Below are positions 12,176 to 22,935 of a stretch of 64,000 nucleotides of DNA, in pieces; position 1 is the stretch's first letter, and every line of letters starts with the position of its first letter. Source of the stretch: Saccostrea echinata (taxonomy: Eukaryota); contig NW_026889774.1 in assembly GCF_033153115.1 (NCBI RefSeq), forward strand, positions 28,830,001-28,894,000. The letters run 5' to 3'. The notes beneath the pieces were generated by a model. The model saw only the letters and a list, made by a program, of their open reading frames with translations, made no database searches and was not told the origin of the DNA. Both the position numbers and the translations under genes were made by a program.

Positions 12176-13361
12176 CTACAATTGAGTATAAACATGGTAA
12201 AATTGTTCTGGATTTATATTGGCTTTAAATAATGTCTAGAAATTAATACTCGATAGAAAATCACCAACTTTGACTCTGGCGTCAAAAAGTAATTTGCATG
12301 TGAGCTTCGGGTTGAAAGCTATGTATCAGGAATTGTGGATAAGACGAACCATTTTTGCAATCTCTGGTGATGTTTTTGAAAATGTCCGGTGAAAATTTGA
12401 ACAGAGTTAGACCCTCAAAGATAATACGCCTTACTGAAATTCTAAGAGGTCTGATTATAATCTTACTAATGCAACGACATCATCAGAATGAACTTGCTGA
12501 GCAATTTAAAATGTTCCAGGCCAATTCACTGTATCGCAGTTAGAACGAAGATCATTGTAAGAAGGAGCGTTAAACACCACCCAAGAAGCGAACGTTTTCA
12601 GGGGGCAGCGGTACTTCCGCACAGGGAAATCCTTGTAATCCACTAACGGAACAGGTTTCAAACTGCAAGCGAAACTGCTAGTACCATTTCTGGACACTTC
12701 AATGCTGATTAGAGAGAAAACGGTCCGCAATAGTCCCACTGAGGAAGGCATCAAAACATACATGCCTTCCTTTTACAACCAAGCAATTATGGGACGAATT
12801 TGACTTCAAACGTCACCACTGAGCCGAGGCAAGCTCTTATGGTGGTGTAAAATCTCATCCCTTTTCGAAGACTCAAACATCAGATTTTTTTGTTTTTTAT
12901 TTTGTTTTGTTTTTGTTTGTTTTGTTTTGTTTTGTTTTTTTTTTTTTGTTTTTTGTTTTTGCTTAAAACGATACCAGCTGCTGTGAATGCGGAATGACGA
13001 CGCCCGCAATATAGATTTTTGAAATTTTGAATACTAAAATTCCGACCCCTACTCCTTACAGTATTAACTGCCGTGCAAAAATGACGTTTAATTCAATATT
13101 ATGCCTTGCTTATGTCAATTATGCTTGAAATAATACGCAAAACTGTATTTAGCGATCATTCTGTCACATAATAATAGATGGAAACTTCTCATATTTATAT
13201 GTGCGTTTCTTTTTCCTTTCAGTATATGAAATCAGTAAACATAATTTCATCCAAAAATATCAATAAAAGATTGTGAAAAAGTAATAGTGAATTATTACAA
13301 ATTATAATCAGACGAAATACATGTACAGTTGTATTATGTAAAGTCAAGGTACTACATAAGC

Positions 13362-13780
13362 ATGAAAAAAGATTATGAACAGTGATCAATCTAAATATTC
13401 TACAAACAAATACATTTGTGAACAGGACATAAACCTCGGATTCCCAGAAATTCCAGAGGTGGGATCAGATGCCTAGGAGGAAAAAGCATCCTCTGTTGAC
13501 CGGTTACACCCACCGTGAGCCCTTTGTATTGATTAGGTAGACAGAACATTCCATAGACAAATTTAGTATAAAAACAAAAGCTTAACAACTGGTATAAACA
13601 TTTCAGCAAAAATAACACCCAATTATAGGCGTTATTTGCTACATGTAACAAGGTCATTATATCGACTATAGAATTTACGAAATGCTGCCTTACAACGATG
13701 TTCTTGAAATCTCTGTAACAGCAGCTTATCTCTCAGTAGCCTGCTTCGGTTTAAAAATGAATTGTATTCAGAGCAATCTA
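13362..13780 (-). mobile_element. Naiad-like Penelope 3' fragment (CCTAGG subfamily)
   Basis: Family tail GGGATCAGATGCCTAGGAGGAAAAAGCATCCTCTGTTGACCGGTTACACCC on the + strand. Confidence 0.7.
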
Positions 13781-13952
13781 TTTAGTATTGAATAAGATGG
13801 GAGATACAATATCAGATAATTTGGAAATAATCGTTCCATGCTTGCATTTGATGGACATCATTTCTGTACACATTTCCGAATATTTAGATCTGTTTTAACA
13901 TAAATGAATGTGTTTTGAGATAATATATTCCATATACATATCTTTCAATTAA

Positions 13953-16518
13953 TCATTCCTTAACATATTTGATCAGTTTCTCCCAAAAGTCGTCATAAGC
14001 GCAGGATTCTTCGGGATATTCAATAAAACAATCTTTTTTCACAAGGTCCATAACTTTACTCGGATAGCCACTGCTGTAAACTTCCGGTAACAAGATCAGA
14101 ATAACAAAATTTGTGTTTCCACGATCCTTGATTTCCTCCACTTTAGCCATGTTGAGCTCGTAGTCACGCCACTTTGACTTTAAATATCTTTTGGAATCAA
14201 TACATAGAACCTTTTCACTTTCATCAATTCCAGTCATTATAGAATCCACTTTTGATAATCCTGGGAGATAATCTCTATCTCTTACAAGAAGTCGTAATCC
14301 AGCATTGGTTTCAAGCCGAGGTATGACATCTCTCCGTACAAAAGTTCTCTCCATACCAGCATAAGATAGAAAGGCGTCGTATTCATAGTTTAAACTTGTA
14401 GAATTATGAACATTCCGTATGTCCCTAATTCGGAATTTTAGTTTAGTTTTGTATATAATATAACGAATTTTTCATCTATTTCTAACCAGTAAAAATCCTG
14501 TCAACAAGCTTATACATACAGCAAGTGAAACAGAGCCTGCTATATACCAAGTCAAAAATGATCTACAGTTGCGCTCTAAAATAGAAATGGACCGATCCAG
14601 TTTTTCAAATGAAAATTTGAATTTTTCAGGCGAGCACTGATATTGCTGAATATCTACAAAATTAGCTTTATTTATCCTTAACCATTTAAGAAACTTTTCA
14701 TTCTCACAGGAACAACCTAATAGATTACCAGAAAGATCAACGATTAACTTAGATCTCCGAAAGGCGTTCTCCAAATCTTCGCGGGTTTTTTCATCAAAAG
14801 ATCTTATTCGATTCTGTGATAGGTCGATCAAAGATAAATTTGCCATATGATCAATTTTTAAATTCCATCTTGATATCTGGTTGTCACTGACATTTAAATA
14901 CTTCAGCCTCGAGGAATTTTTCAGCAGCAAGTTTGGAAGTTTAGAAATTCTACAGAATGAAATGTCTAAGTTCTCAAGGGTTAAAAAAGACTTAAGCGTT
15001 TCTCCCATTACATCTTTCTCCAAATCGTGTCCTATGTCATTGTGGGACATATTTAAATTCTGGACTTGGCCACCATCATTAAGTATAAATGGAGATACGT
15101 GGGAGCAAAAATTATTTGAAAAATCCAATGTTATTTGAGTATTTGTATGTTGAAAATAAACAGGACCTTCCAAAGAGTACCCAAAGTTATTCCGTGGATT
15201 TACAATCGGTGCAGAGACTCGGTGCAGAGATAAAAATTCTTGAAACCTCAAAATAAATTTTACTAGCGTAAGCATATATTTCTTCTAAATTTTTTGGATA
15301 AATGATAGTCACGTTCGTGCTAGTGCCTATTGTTTTAGGAGTTTGGTAATTTCTAACTTCTTCGCAACTGAAAACAGCATCATTGCACAATTCAGTCTTT
15401 TCTCTACAATTATTAATAAGCGAATCATCAAGCTCTGGTGGGTACTTTTGAAAGCTCACGTTGTATACTCTCAAGTTTTCTAAACTGCTAAATTCAAAGT
15501 AATATTTCCCAGTTGTTAATTTGTTTTCGGCCACCGATAATTTCTCTAAAGTTTTTGGAAGATTTCGTAAAACTCCTGGAGCAAAATATTCCAATCGGTT
15601 ACTGACTACATATAATTCTTTCAGGTTAGTGTATTTAAGAGAAAAAAGATGATGACATTTTATTTGTGTTCCAACTCCGGCTACGCAATTTATTCCATTG
15701 ATATTCAAAGATTTTAGCCTAGTTTTGTTCAAATTATTTGTTACATTAGGCAGGGATGCAAACCCTAGCTTGCGATTGTAGGAAATATTAAGATATTGTA
15801 ATTTTGGCATGTTGCTGAATGATCCCTTATCAGTATCCTTTACATTGCAGTAGGAAATATCCAAAACCTCAAGGAATGGAAAAGTTTCAAACATTTGCGA
15901 ATCGATATAATCAAGATTACAATTTCCAACATTTCCCGACATATCTAAAACTTTAAGATTCTTTAAACGCAAGAAACTTTTTCCAAACTTTGTGCTTGCT
16001 ATTCCATTCATTTTTACAATTGAAAGAAAATATAGATTTGCAAAAGCACCTCCTGGAAAAGCTATGTTATATTGCCTGCCACTGTTTCCTTTTAAGTTCA
16101 GTACCTCTAAGGACGACAGACTTTTAAAAAGTTTCTCGAAATTTGAATATTTCAACTGATTTCCCTCTAAGTTGAGAAACCTAAGTTTTGTTAAATGTTC
16201 GAACGCATTTTCATCAACAGTCGTTAAGTTATTATCAGATAAGTCGAGGGATATTACCCTTTTTGGCAGTTTTGTACTCTTTGACTCAATACTTCTTATC
16301 TTGTTGTCACGTAACAACGTGATGCTGTCATTCATATATGGTATAACAGTAAGATTCCGTTGTGAACAATTCACACGAATTCCATTTTCGTATAAAAAAC
16401 AATCACACTCAATCCTATCAAACCAACAAGAAGTAGTCTCCACTGCCTCAATTTGAAAAAAATCTATAAATATTGTCACAGAAAACCAGATGAGATTCCG
16501 TACTCTGTTATTCTTCAT
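13953..16518 (-). pseudogene. Single-exon Toll-like receptor (signal peptide-LRRNT-LRRs-LRRCT-TM-TIR), disrupted
   Basis: ATG at 16518 (MKNNRVRNLIWFSVTIF...). LRRs such as LDLSDNNL and LNLEGNQL. LRRCT NLLGCSC..FLKWL, TM WYIAGSVSLAVCISLLTGFLLV, TIR box1 YEYDAFLSY and RDYLPG. Frameshift at tandem duplication 15206-15230; TGA at 14472-14474 where W is expected (RNR*KIRY). Confidence 0.92.
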
Positions 16519-16700
16519 AGTTTTTGCTGCAGAAATGTCGTTATGTTCTGTGTGTTTCAAGAGAAGATACTAAATGATGTATTACTTAACATGTGTAAGT
16601 TAAAAAGATATTCATGTGCATGAAGAAATCGCTTAAATCGTGTAATACTTGTACAAGTAACGCGAACATTTCACGTTGTAAAAGTTTTAATTACATTTCT

Positions 16701-17006
16701 GTCGCCCACGTGGCGCAGTGGTTAGAGCGCTTGCTCTAGAGTCGCGGAGTAAGGAGTTGATCCTTACGTCGCGGGTTCGAATCCCACTGTGGTACGTGGA
16801 GACCGGTCCTTCGGATGAGACCGTATAAACCGAGGTCCCGTGTCACAGTAGGTTCTGGCACGAAAAAGATCCCTCACTACTCATGATCAATGGCCCTGAG
16901 TGCCGAGTTTAGGTCAAAATTTGCAGCTCTCCACCGGCAAGAGGTGGCGTCTCCATATAGGTGAAAAATTCTCGAGAGGGACGTTAAACAATAAACAAAC
17001 AAACAA
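16701..17006 (+). mobile_element. tRNA-derived Deu/Nin SINE ~180 bp upstream of the TLR start codon
   Basis: A/B boxes, Deu core, (AAAC)n tail. 11-bp TSD AATTACATTTC (16689-16699, 17007-17017). Confidence 0.9.
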
Positions 17007-17337
17007 AATTACATTTCATTCTCATAGTTTTATGACATAGGTTTTGTATTTGTTTGAGATACGTGTAAAATTATTATGTGCTTCGAAGGAAAACTTTGAG
17101 GACAATTACATGTATGAGAGACAAAACAAAACATTTATCTGTTTGCTGAAATGTTTTTTTTCAGCCATGTCAGTCATACGTTATTCAGAGCTTATGAAAC
17201 TTAAAATTATTGTTCTTTATTTGAGGAATGAGTTGACTTTGATGTTCATTTTGTACTTACGAATATCTAACTTTCTATTTTTTATATCGTTTGATTTATA
17301 TGGAAGACTTTTGCAAGAAAATGTGATTGCTGAGTAA

Positions 17338-17856
17338 AACCCCAGTCACATTTCAAAAAACGATCGACGGCTGACGGTTTTTAAGGCAAAAATAGGATTC
17401 TTCGGGCGACAGTCGGCAGTTCATCGGCCGTTGTCTTGTCCGATTTTTACCTCTTTTTGTGTCGGCCGAACAATTTTATGTCAGTCGGGCAAAGTTATAA
17501 TTTTTCTGCGTCGATGGCCGATTCTTTCAATTGAAGCAGTCGTTGAATAGTTCGTCGCCCAATCTTTGATCATCGTCCGACCATCGGCATACAGTCGTTG
17601 GTCGGTCGACATCTAGGAACTGGGTTTTCTTTAATGTCGGCCGACGGTGAAAATCAAATTGCAGTCCAGCGAACGATGATCTGGCGAAGGTTGGCCAACT
17701 AATAAATATTTTTACTTTTATAGGTATCGGTGTTCCTAGGAATTAATGTGACTATTCTGCGTCGCTCGATACTAGTGTCGGCATATCCTGCTTATTCAGC
17801 CGACGATACGAGAAAACTTTGGACACCCAACCATCTGCATAAATGTGACCCAGGAA
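17338..17856. mobile_element. PIF/Harbinger-like MITE
   Basis: Imperfect TIR CCCCAGTCACATTT ... AAATGTGACCCAGG flanked by TAA. CG-rich interior. Confidence 0.6.
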
Positions 17857-18024
17857 TAAGAGCTAGGTTTTTTGAAGTCAGGTATTTGCCTTGAATCACT
17901 TACTATACATTCCATTGAAATGGCACTTTACAGACCCATTTCAAATAGGTCACCATTTCTATTGAATTTTTAGTCTCTACCATCATAGCTTAGATCATAC
18001 ACAGTTTCAATGGAAAACTTAACA

Positions 18025-18160
18025 CCTGGCTCCGGGGCCATAAAACTTAGACAAGCTCATTTTTTATCTCAGTCTCACTTTTACCAAAGGAATTAATAGT
18101 GGAAAAAGTGAGACTGAGATCAAAAGTGATCTCGTCTAAGTTTTATGGCCCGGGGCCCTG
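18025..18160. mobile_element. Short foldback MITE (~135-bp hairpin)
   Basis: CCGGGGCCATAAAACTTAGAC..ATCTCAGTCTCACTTTT / AAAAGTGAGACTGAGAT..GTCTAAGTTTTATGGCCCGG. Confidence 0.75.
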
Positions 18161-19086
18161 ATATCAGGATATCCTACATGAACGAATCTTATGATTACCC
18201 CCATCTATAGACACAACATTGAGGGATTTAATTTTTTTTTATTCTTCATTAAATGTTTTTCAACACAAATTTTAAACAAATTTGAATAAAAAGTGTTAAC
18301 CAAAATGCAAATACGTAACACAACAGATTATTACATAATAATAAATGTAAAGTTTTGTCAGGTAACTTTTGATAAAATGTTCAACTTTGTCACCCTTTTT
18401 GGCCGCCGAGTAGGCTTTGAATCAAAATCAATGCTGGTTATAAAACAAGCATGATTTGAAGTTTTAAATTGCAAATTGTCATAATTTTGACTGTATTTTT
18501 GTTTTATATAAGTGGCCGAATTAGGTCCTTACCATATTTTTTCCTTTATATAAGTTTATATCTTTTTTATAATGTTCATTAAACACAAGTAAAGGATTTA
18601 ATTAGTTTAAATCTGAATGATACTGCATTCAGTATAATTAAATTAAATGGTTAGTAATCTATCCCGGGTTGATGTAATGGTCTTTTCTTTAGGAACACTT
18701 ATTTTAAATCTATTCATAAAAAGTTAATTCTTGATTTATCCTTCTTAAAATTGTATCTTTTTTATTACTGATAAGGGGTGATGCTAATTTTTACTCATAA
18801 TACATAAAAATGGTTTTCCCTTATATTTATGTAGATTAACACAACTTCTTAACGAGCATGATTATCTTTATTTATTCCGCAAGAGAAGTTTAACACGGAA
18901 CAGGATTTTACCACTTATGATTACAATTACCTAGAGAAGTATCAGAGAGAAGTAAAATATTACCAGTAGTGAAATACTTCCTCATATCACGCGTAGACTC
19001 TTATCTAGAAATAATCGTATATATACATGTAACCACGCCCATATAATTCAAAACATGTCTGCTGCTCATCCAGTGTGATACAGACA

Positions 19087-19175
19087 ATATAATAATATAA
19101 TATAATATAATATAATATAATATAATAAAATAAAATAAAATATAATATAATATAATATAATATAATATAATATAA
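19087..19175. repeat. (ATATA/ATAAA)n pentanucleotide microsatellite
   Basis: Directly visible. Confidence 0.95.
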
Positions 19176-19282
19176 ATTGTATCTATGTTAAACTTTCCCA
19201 TATGTACAAATAATCAAATGGAAATTGATGAAGACGTGCCAAATGATGAGAGGGTTGAAGGAGTAATTTTCATAATCTGGTG

Positions 19283-19824
19283 CATCTTCGCTAGCCAAGG
19301 GTTTCTGTTCCGCTACTCTCCTCACAAACCCTTGGCATACGGTGTTATTAAAAGTTGGGTTTTTTTTCTCGAGTTGTGATTGGAGTTGATCGACATCCTT
19401 CGACCAATCAGCAATTGCTTTTGTAAATGATGATATTTGCTTTCGGGATATATCTTGATTCTTTAGTCTCGGGAATGAAAAACACAAGTAAACAGCGATT
19501 CGTAAGATAACATGCCACTCTATAAAAAGATTGGTGTCATCCAGTCTTAAGCTGATGTATTAATATTGTGATCAGGAGTCTTATTGTAGATGTAGATTTG
19601 CACGATAATTAACAAATAAACATTGCTCGATATCTTCTTGTTAATTATTCTTTAAAAACTTTAAAAATTCTAATACGCCTTTTATTTTTGTCTATGACGC
19701 AATTTGTGCGTATGTTGGAAGATTCGAGATCACGTGTCGTAAACAATCCAAACTTTTGACTGCACTGTATGCCAAGGGTTTGTGAGGAGAGTAGCGGATC
19801 AAAAACCCTTGGCTAGCGAAGATG
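19283..19824. mobile_element. MITE with ~60-bp TIRs and 8-9-bp TSD
   Basis: CATCTTCGCTAGCCAAGGGTTT..TCCGCTACTCTCCTCACAAACCCTTGGCATAC is inverted at 19764-19824. TSD AATCTGGT at 19274 and 19825. Confidence 0.85.
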
Positions 19825-20999
19825 AATCTGGTNNNNNNNNNNNNNNNNNNNNNNNNNNNNNNNNNNNNNNNNNNNNNNNNNNNNNNNNNNNNNNNNNNNN
19901 NNNNNNNNNNNNNNNNNNNNNNNNNNNNNNNNNNNNNNNNNNNNNNNNNNNNNNNNNNNNNNNNNNNNNNGAATAAGAAATGCTAANNNNNNNNNNNNNN
20001 NNNNNNNNNNNNNNNNNNNNNNNNNNNNNNNNNNNNNNNNNNNNNNNNNNNNNNNNNNNNNNNNNNNNNNNNNNNNNNNNNNNNNNNNNNNNNNNNNNNN
20101 NNNNNNNNNNNNNNNNNNNNNNNNNNNNNNNNNNNNNNTCAATCATTCTATTGTATAATATTGTTTTCCTTTGTTTTCTCATTTTTTAGCGCTATTCTCC
20201 TTCAATTTTCTTTTGAATTAACTTACAGTTTCAAGTACATGTGTATCTTCTCATTTCATAGTTGTCTCATTTTACACGGTGGGTGTGACCGGTCGGCATG
20301 GGATGCTCACTCCTCCATGGCATCTGATACCACCTTTGATATTTTTGGAAGTCTGTGTTTGCTCTGTTCCCGATTTGTATTGTTTTAATGGACTTTGAGC
20401 TTGAATACTGCATATTTCATTGTATCAGAAATAAGTTTTTATCCAGACATCACTCAGTTCAATGCTGCACACTGAACCAAACATGTAGTATTATTGTGGT
20501 CAGCAATGGTGAAATGATAATATTTTCAATGCTTAAGAATATTTGATTTCCTGAATTGCATGTATAAAGCTTGTCATTGTAACAGTATTTTAAGTGATAC
20601 AGTAACATTATATGAATAAGAAATGCTAAAAAGTCTTGAATGTTGCCATTGAAATTCCTAATCTGGAGTAATCAGGTAAAACTTTTAGTGGGTTTTACTA
20701 TACAGTTTATTTTCTAGATTGACAGAACTTGGATGAAAACAAAAATGGTTTATACTATCAACTTTGAATTAGATTCTTCATTCATTTCATGTTTTCTGGA
20801 TGAGTGATTAAGAGGAACATTTTGAAAGCACACGCCTAATAGCTTGACTTTATGCTATAAGTCAGGAATTTACAATGAAAATAAAATACTTTTGATAAAG
20901 AAATTGATCAATTATAGAACATATACATAGATTGAATCATAAACATTTTCAAAAGAAAAACTGCAAATACGTTTTAGTGCTTACACAATCGTACTCCTA

Positions 21000-22935
21000 A
21001 AAATGTACAGAGACATAAGTATAAGAAAAAATCACTTGGATATATATGGAAAGCACTAAAAAAAAACCCCCAACAACACTGTATATCCTAAGTGTCGGAT
21101 CTACTAAGTAGATACAACGTCAAGGATGGAAATTTATATAAAGCACTAAAAATGACCAACGACACGAACAATAGAAATTGTCAAATTTTCGGGACGCCCT
21201 GTCCCTTCTTCGGGACAAAGAAAAAAGTTATGAAGTCATAAAAACAAAGGAAACAGAAAAAAACAACAACTAGCACTACTACTGAACTACCCAACACTAT
21301 GTATTTACAATGTTACATGTTTAATTTGAAAATTATAACCAGTTGTAAAGAAAGAAATCCGGACCGCTATGAAATACGTCCGGTCTCTCGGGTGTACTCT
21401 GGTGAAGTGCGATTTGTATAATTGAACGAATTAATTATCGCTAATTAATTACGGCCAAGTAGTAAATCGTACACTGTCTTATTCTCTCAAAATAGAGTAA
21501 CTATACATGATAAAAAGAAACCAAAGAAAGATAATACGGAAGGGAAATTTTACAATATGAATTTAGATGTAGTATACATTTGGAAATGTTTTTAGGACTG
21601 TTAATCGGGGAAAAAAAAGAAAAAAGAAAAATGTAAGCATTAAATCTGTGTGTGGTTTGTTCCAGAATTGATAATGAAAATTAACGGTAAAGTTAACACT
21701 ATATAGAGAGAATAAACTTGTTTGTTACAATCACGAATTGGGTCTAGTTCACGTTCATCCTGGTAAAGTCATTTAGTTTGTTGATACCATTAGGGCGGAA
21801 TGACTTCAGTCTGTGCATCCAGAACTTTTCCTTGCTTTTTCTCTGATATTCGTTCCAATTCGGATTATGGTCAATAACCACTACTGTCGTGTCCTCTCAT
21901 TTGTGACCTTCAAGTTTAAAATGTTCCCCAACGGGTTCAGTGAGTTTCTTGGTCTTCGTGGTCGAACGGTGATTCTTAATTCTCCTGCGGAGATCTCCTG
22001 TTTCCCCAACGTACTGTTTGGAACAAACTTTACAACTGATGAGATATATGCAGTTGTCTGTTTTACAAAAAATTCCCTAGAATTCCGTAGCTGCGGCCTG
22101 CAACGGGGCTGTTAAAGCTGTCTGTGTCAGAGTTGTGCTTACAGAGAAGACATCTTCTGTCAGAGCAAGCTCTAAAGCCTCCGTTAGGTAATGGATTGTG
22201 CAATCTGGTTCTTATTACCATGTCCTTTAAGTTCCTCGGGCGCCTGTATGCAGCCAATGGAGGTTCCTTAAAGACCTCTGCCATTCTTTTGTTAGAGTGG
22301 AGAATTGGCAGGTTCTTCTTAAGAATACCGCTGAGGTTCTTAAGGACGGGATGGTATGTGGTTACCAGAGGGACCCTGCTGCTATCTTCTCTCTCTTTGT
22401 AGAGTAATAGGTTTTGTCTGTGGTGTCCTGCCATCTCATCAATAGCAGTTTGTACATTGTGGGCTTTGTAGCCTCTATTGCATAAATGGAACTTTAGGAG
22501 ACTGCTCTATTCCTGATATAAGACAGGGGATGAACAAATGCGACGAATTCTGGTAGCCAGACCCTTAGGCACACCCTTGAATGTGTGTCGACATGAATGC
22601 TAGTCAGCATGAGGTAAAGGTGGGAATCGGCGCCTTTCGTGTGGAGACTTACCGGTAACTCGATTTCGCCATCAATCAGGGTAGATGTAGTATCTAAGAA
22701 TGTGTTTTTGGAATTAGGTACGTCTAAAGTAAATTTGATGGACTGATTGAAGGTTTTGGCAAAGGAAATGAACGCTTCTAGGTTCTCGCGGCATTCCACC
22801 CGGCCACTTCATCTCTATATCGTCGATGAAACGCAACCAGCTAAGGGGCCTAAATGGTGCTTGAAATAACAAGTTGCATTCAAGTCTGCCCATGAAAATA
22901 TTGGCATAGGATGGATCCATTATCGTACTCATAAC
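21000..22935 (-). mobile_element. Canonical Penelope-like element (RT + C-terminal GIY-YIG), 5'-truncated and decayed; inserted only in duplicate copy A
   Basis: [18 protein letters not shown] (RT), PPLAAYRRPRNLKD linker, DNCIYLISCKVCSKQYVGETGDLRRRIKNHRS (GIY-YIG), FWMHRLKSFRPNGIN C-terminus. Multiple frameshifts. Confidence 0.9.
21178..21218 (-). ncRNA. Minimal type I hammerhead ribozyme-like motif in the Penelope 3' region
   Basis: - strand TTGTC CCGAAGA A GGGAC AGGGC GTCCC GAAA ATT T GACAA. Stem I TTGTC/GACAA, core CCGAAGA (U4C variant, one extra A before stem II), stem II GGGAC/GTCCC, GAAA, palindromic AATT stem III. Confidence 0.6.

Noticed and set aside
13953-14354. Stand-alone TIR-only gene
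   Set aside because: In frame with the upstream TM segment across one TGA and lacks box 1 if started at this ATG; it is the tail of the TLR pseudogene
14472-14474. Selenocysteine or programmed readthrough at the TLR TGA
   Set aside because: The position corresponds to the usual Trp after the TM (single G>A change), an upstream frameshift already truncates the protein, and no SECIS was recognised
16701-16797. Functional amber-suppressor tRNA gene
   Set aside because: The anticodon stem cannot pair after removing the insert, the register is ambiguous, and the sequence continues into a SINE body with TSDs
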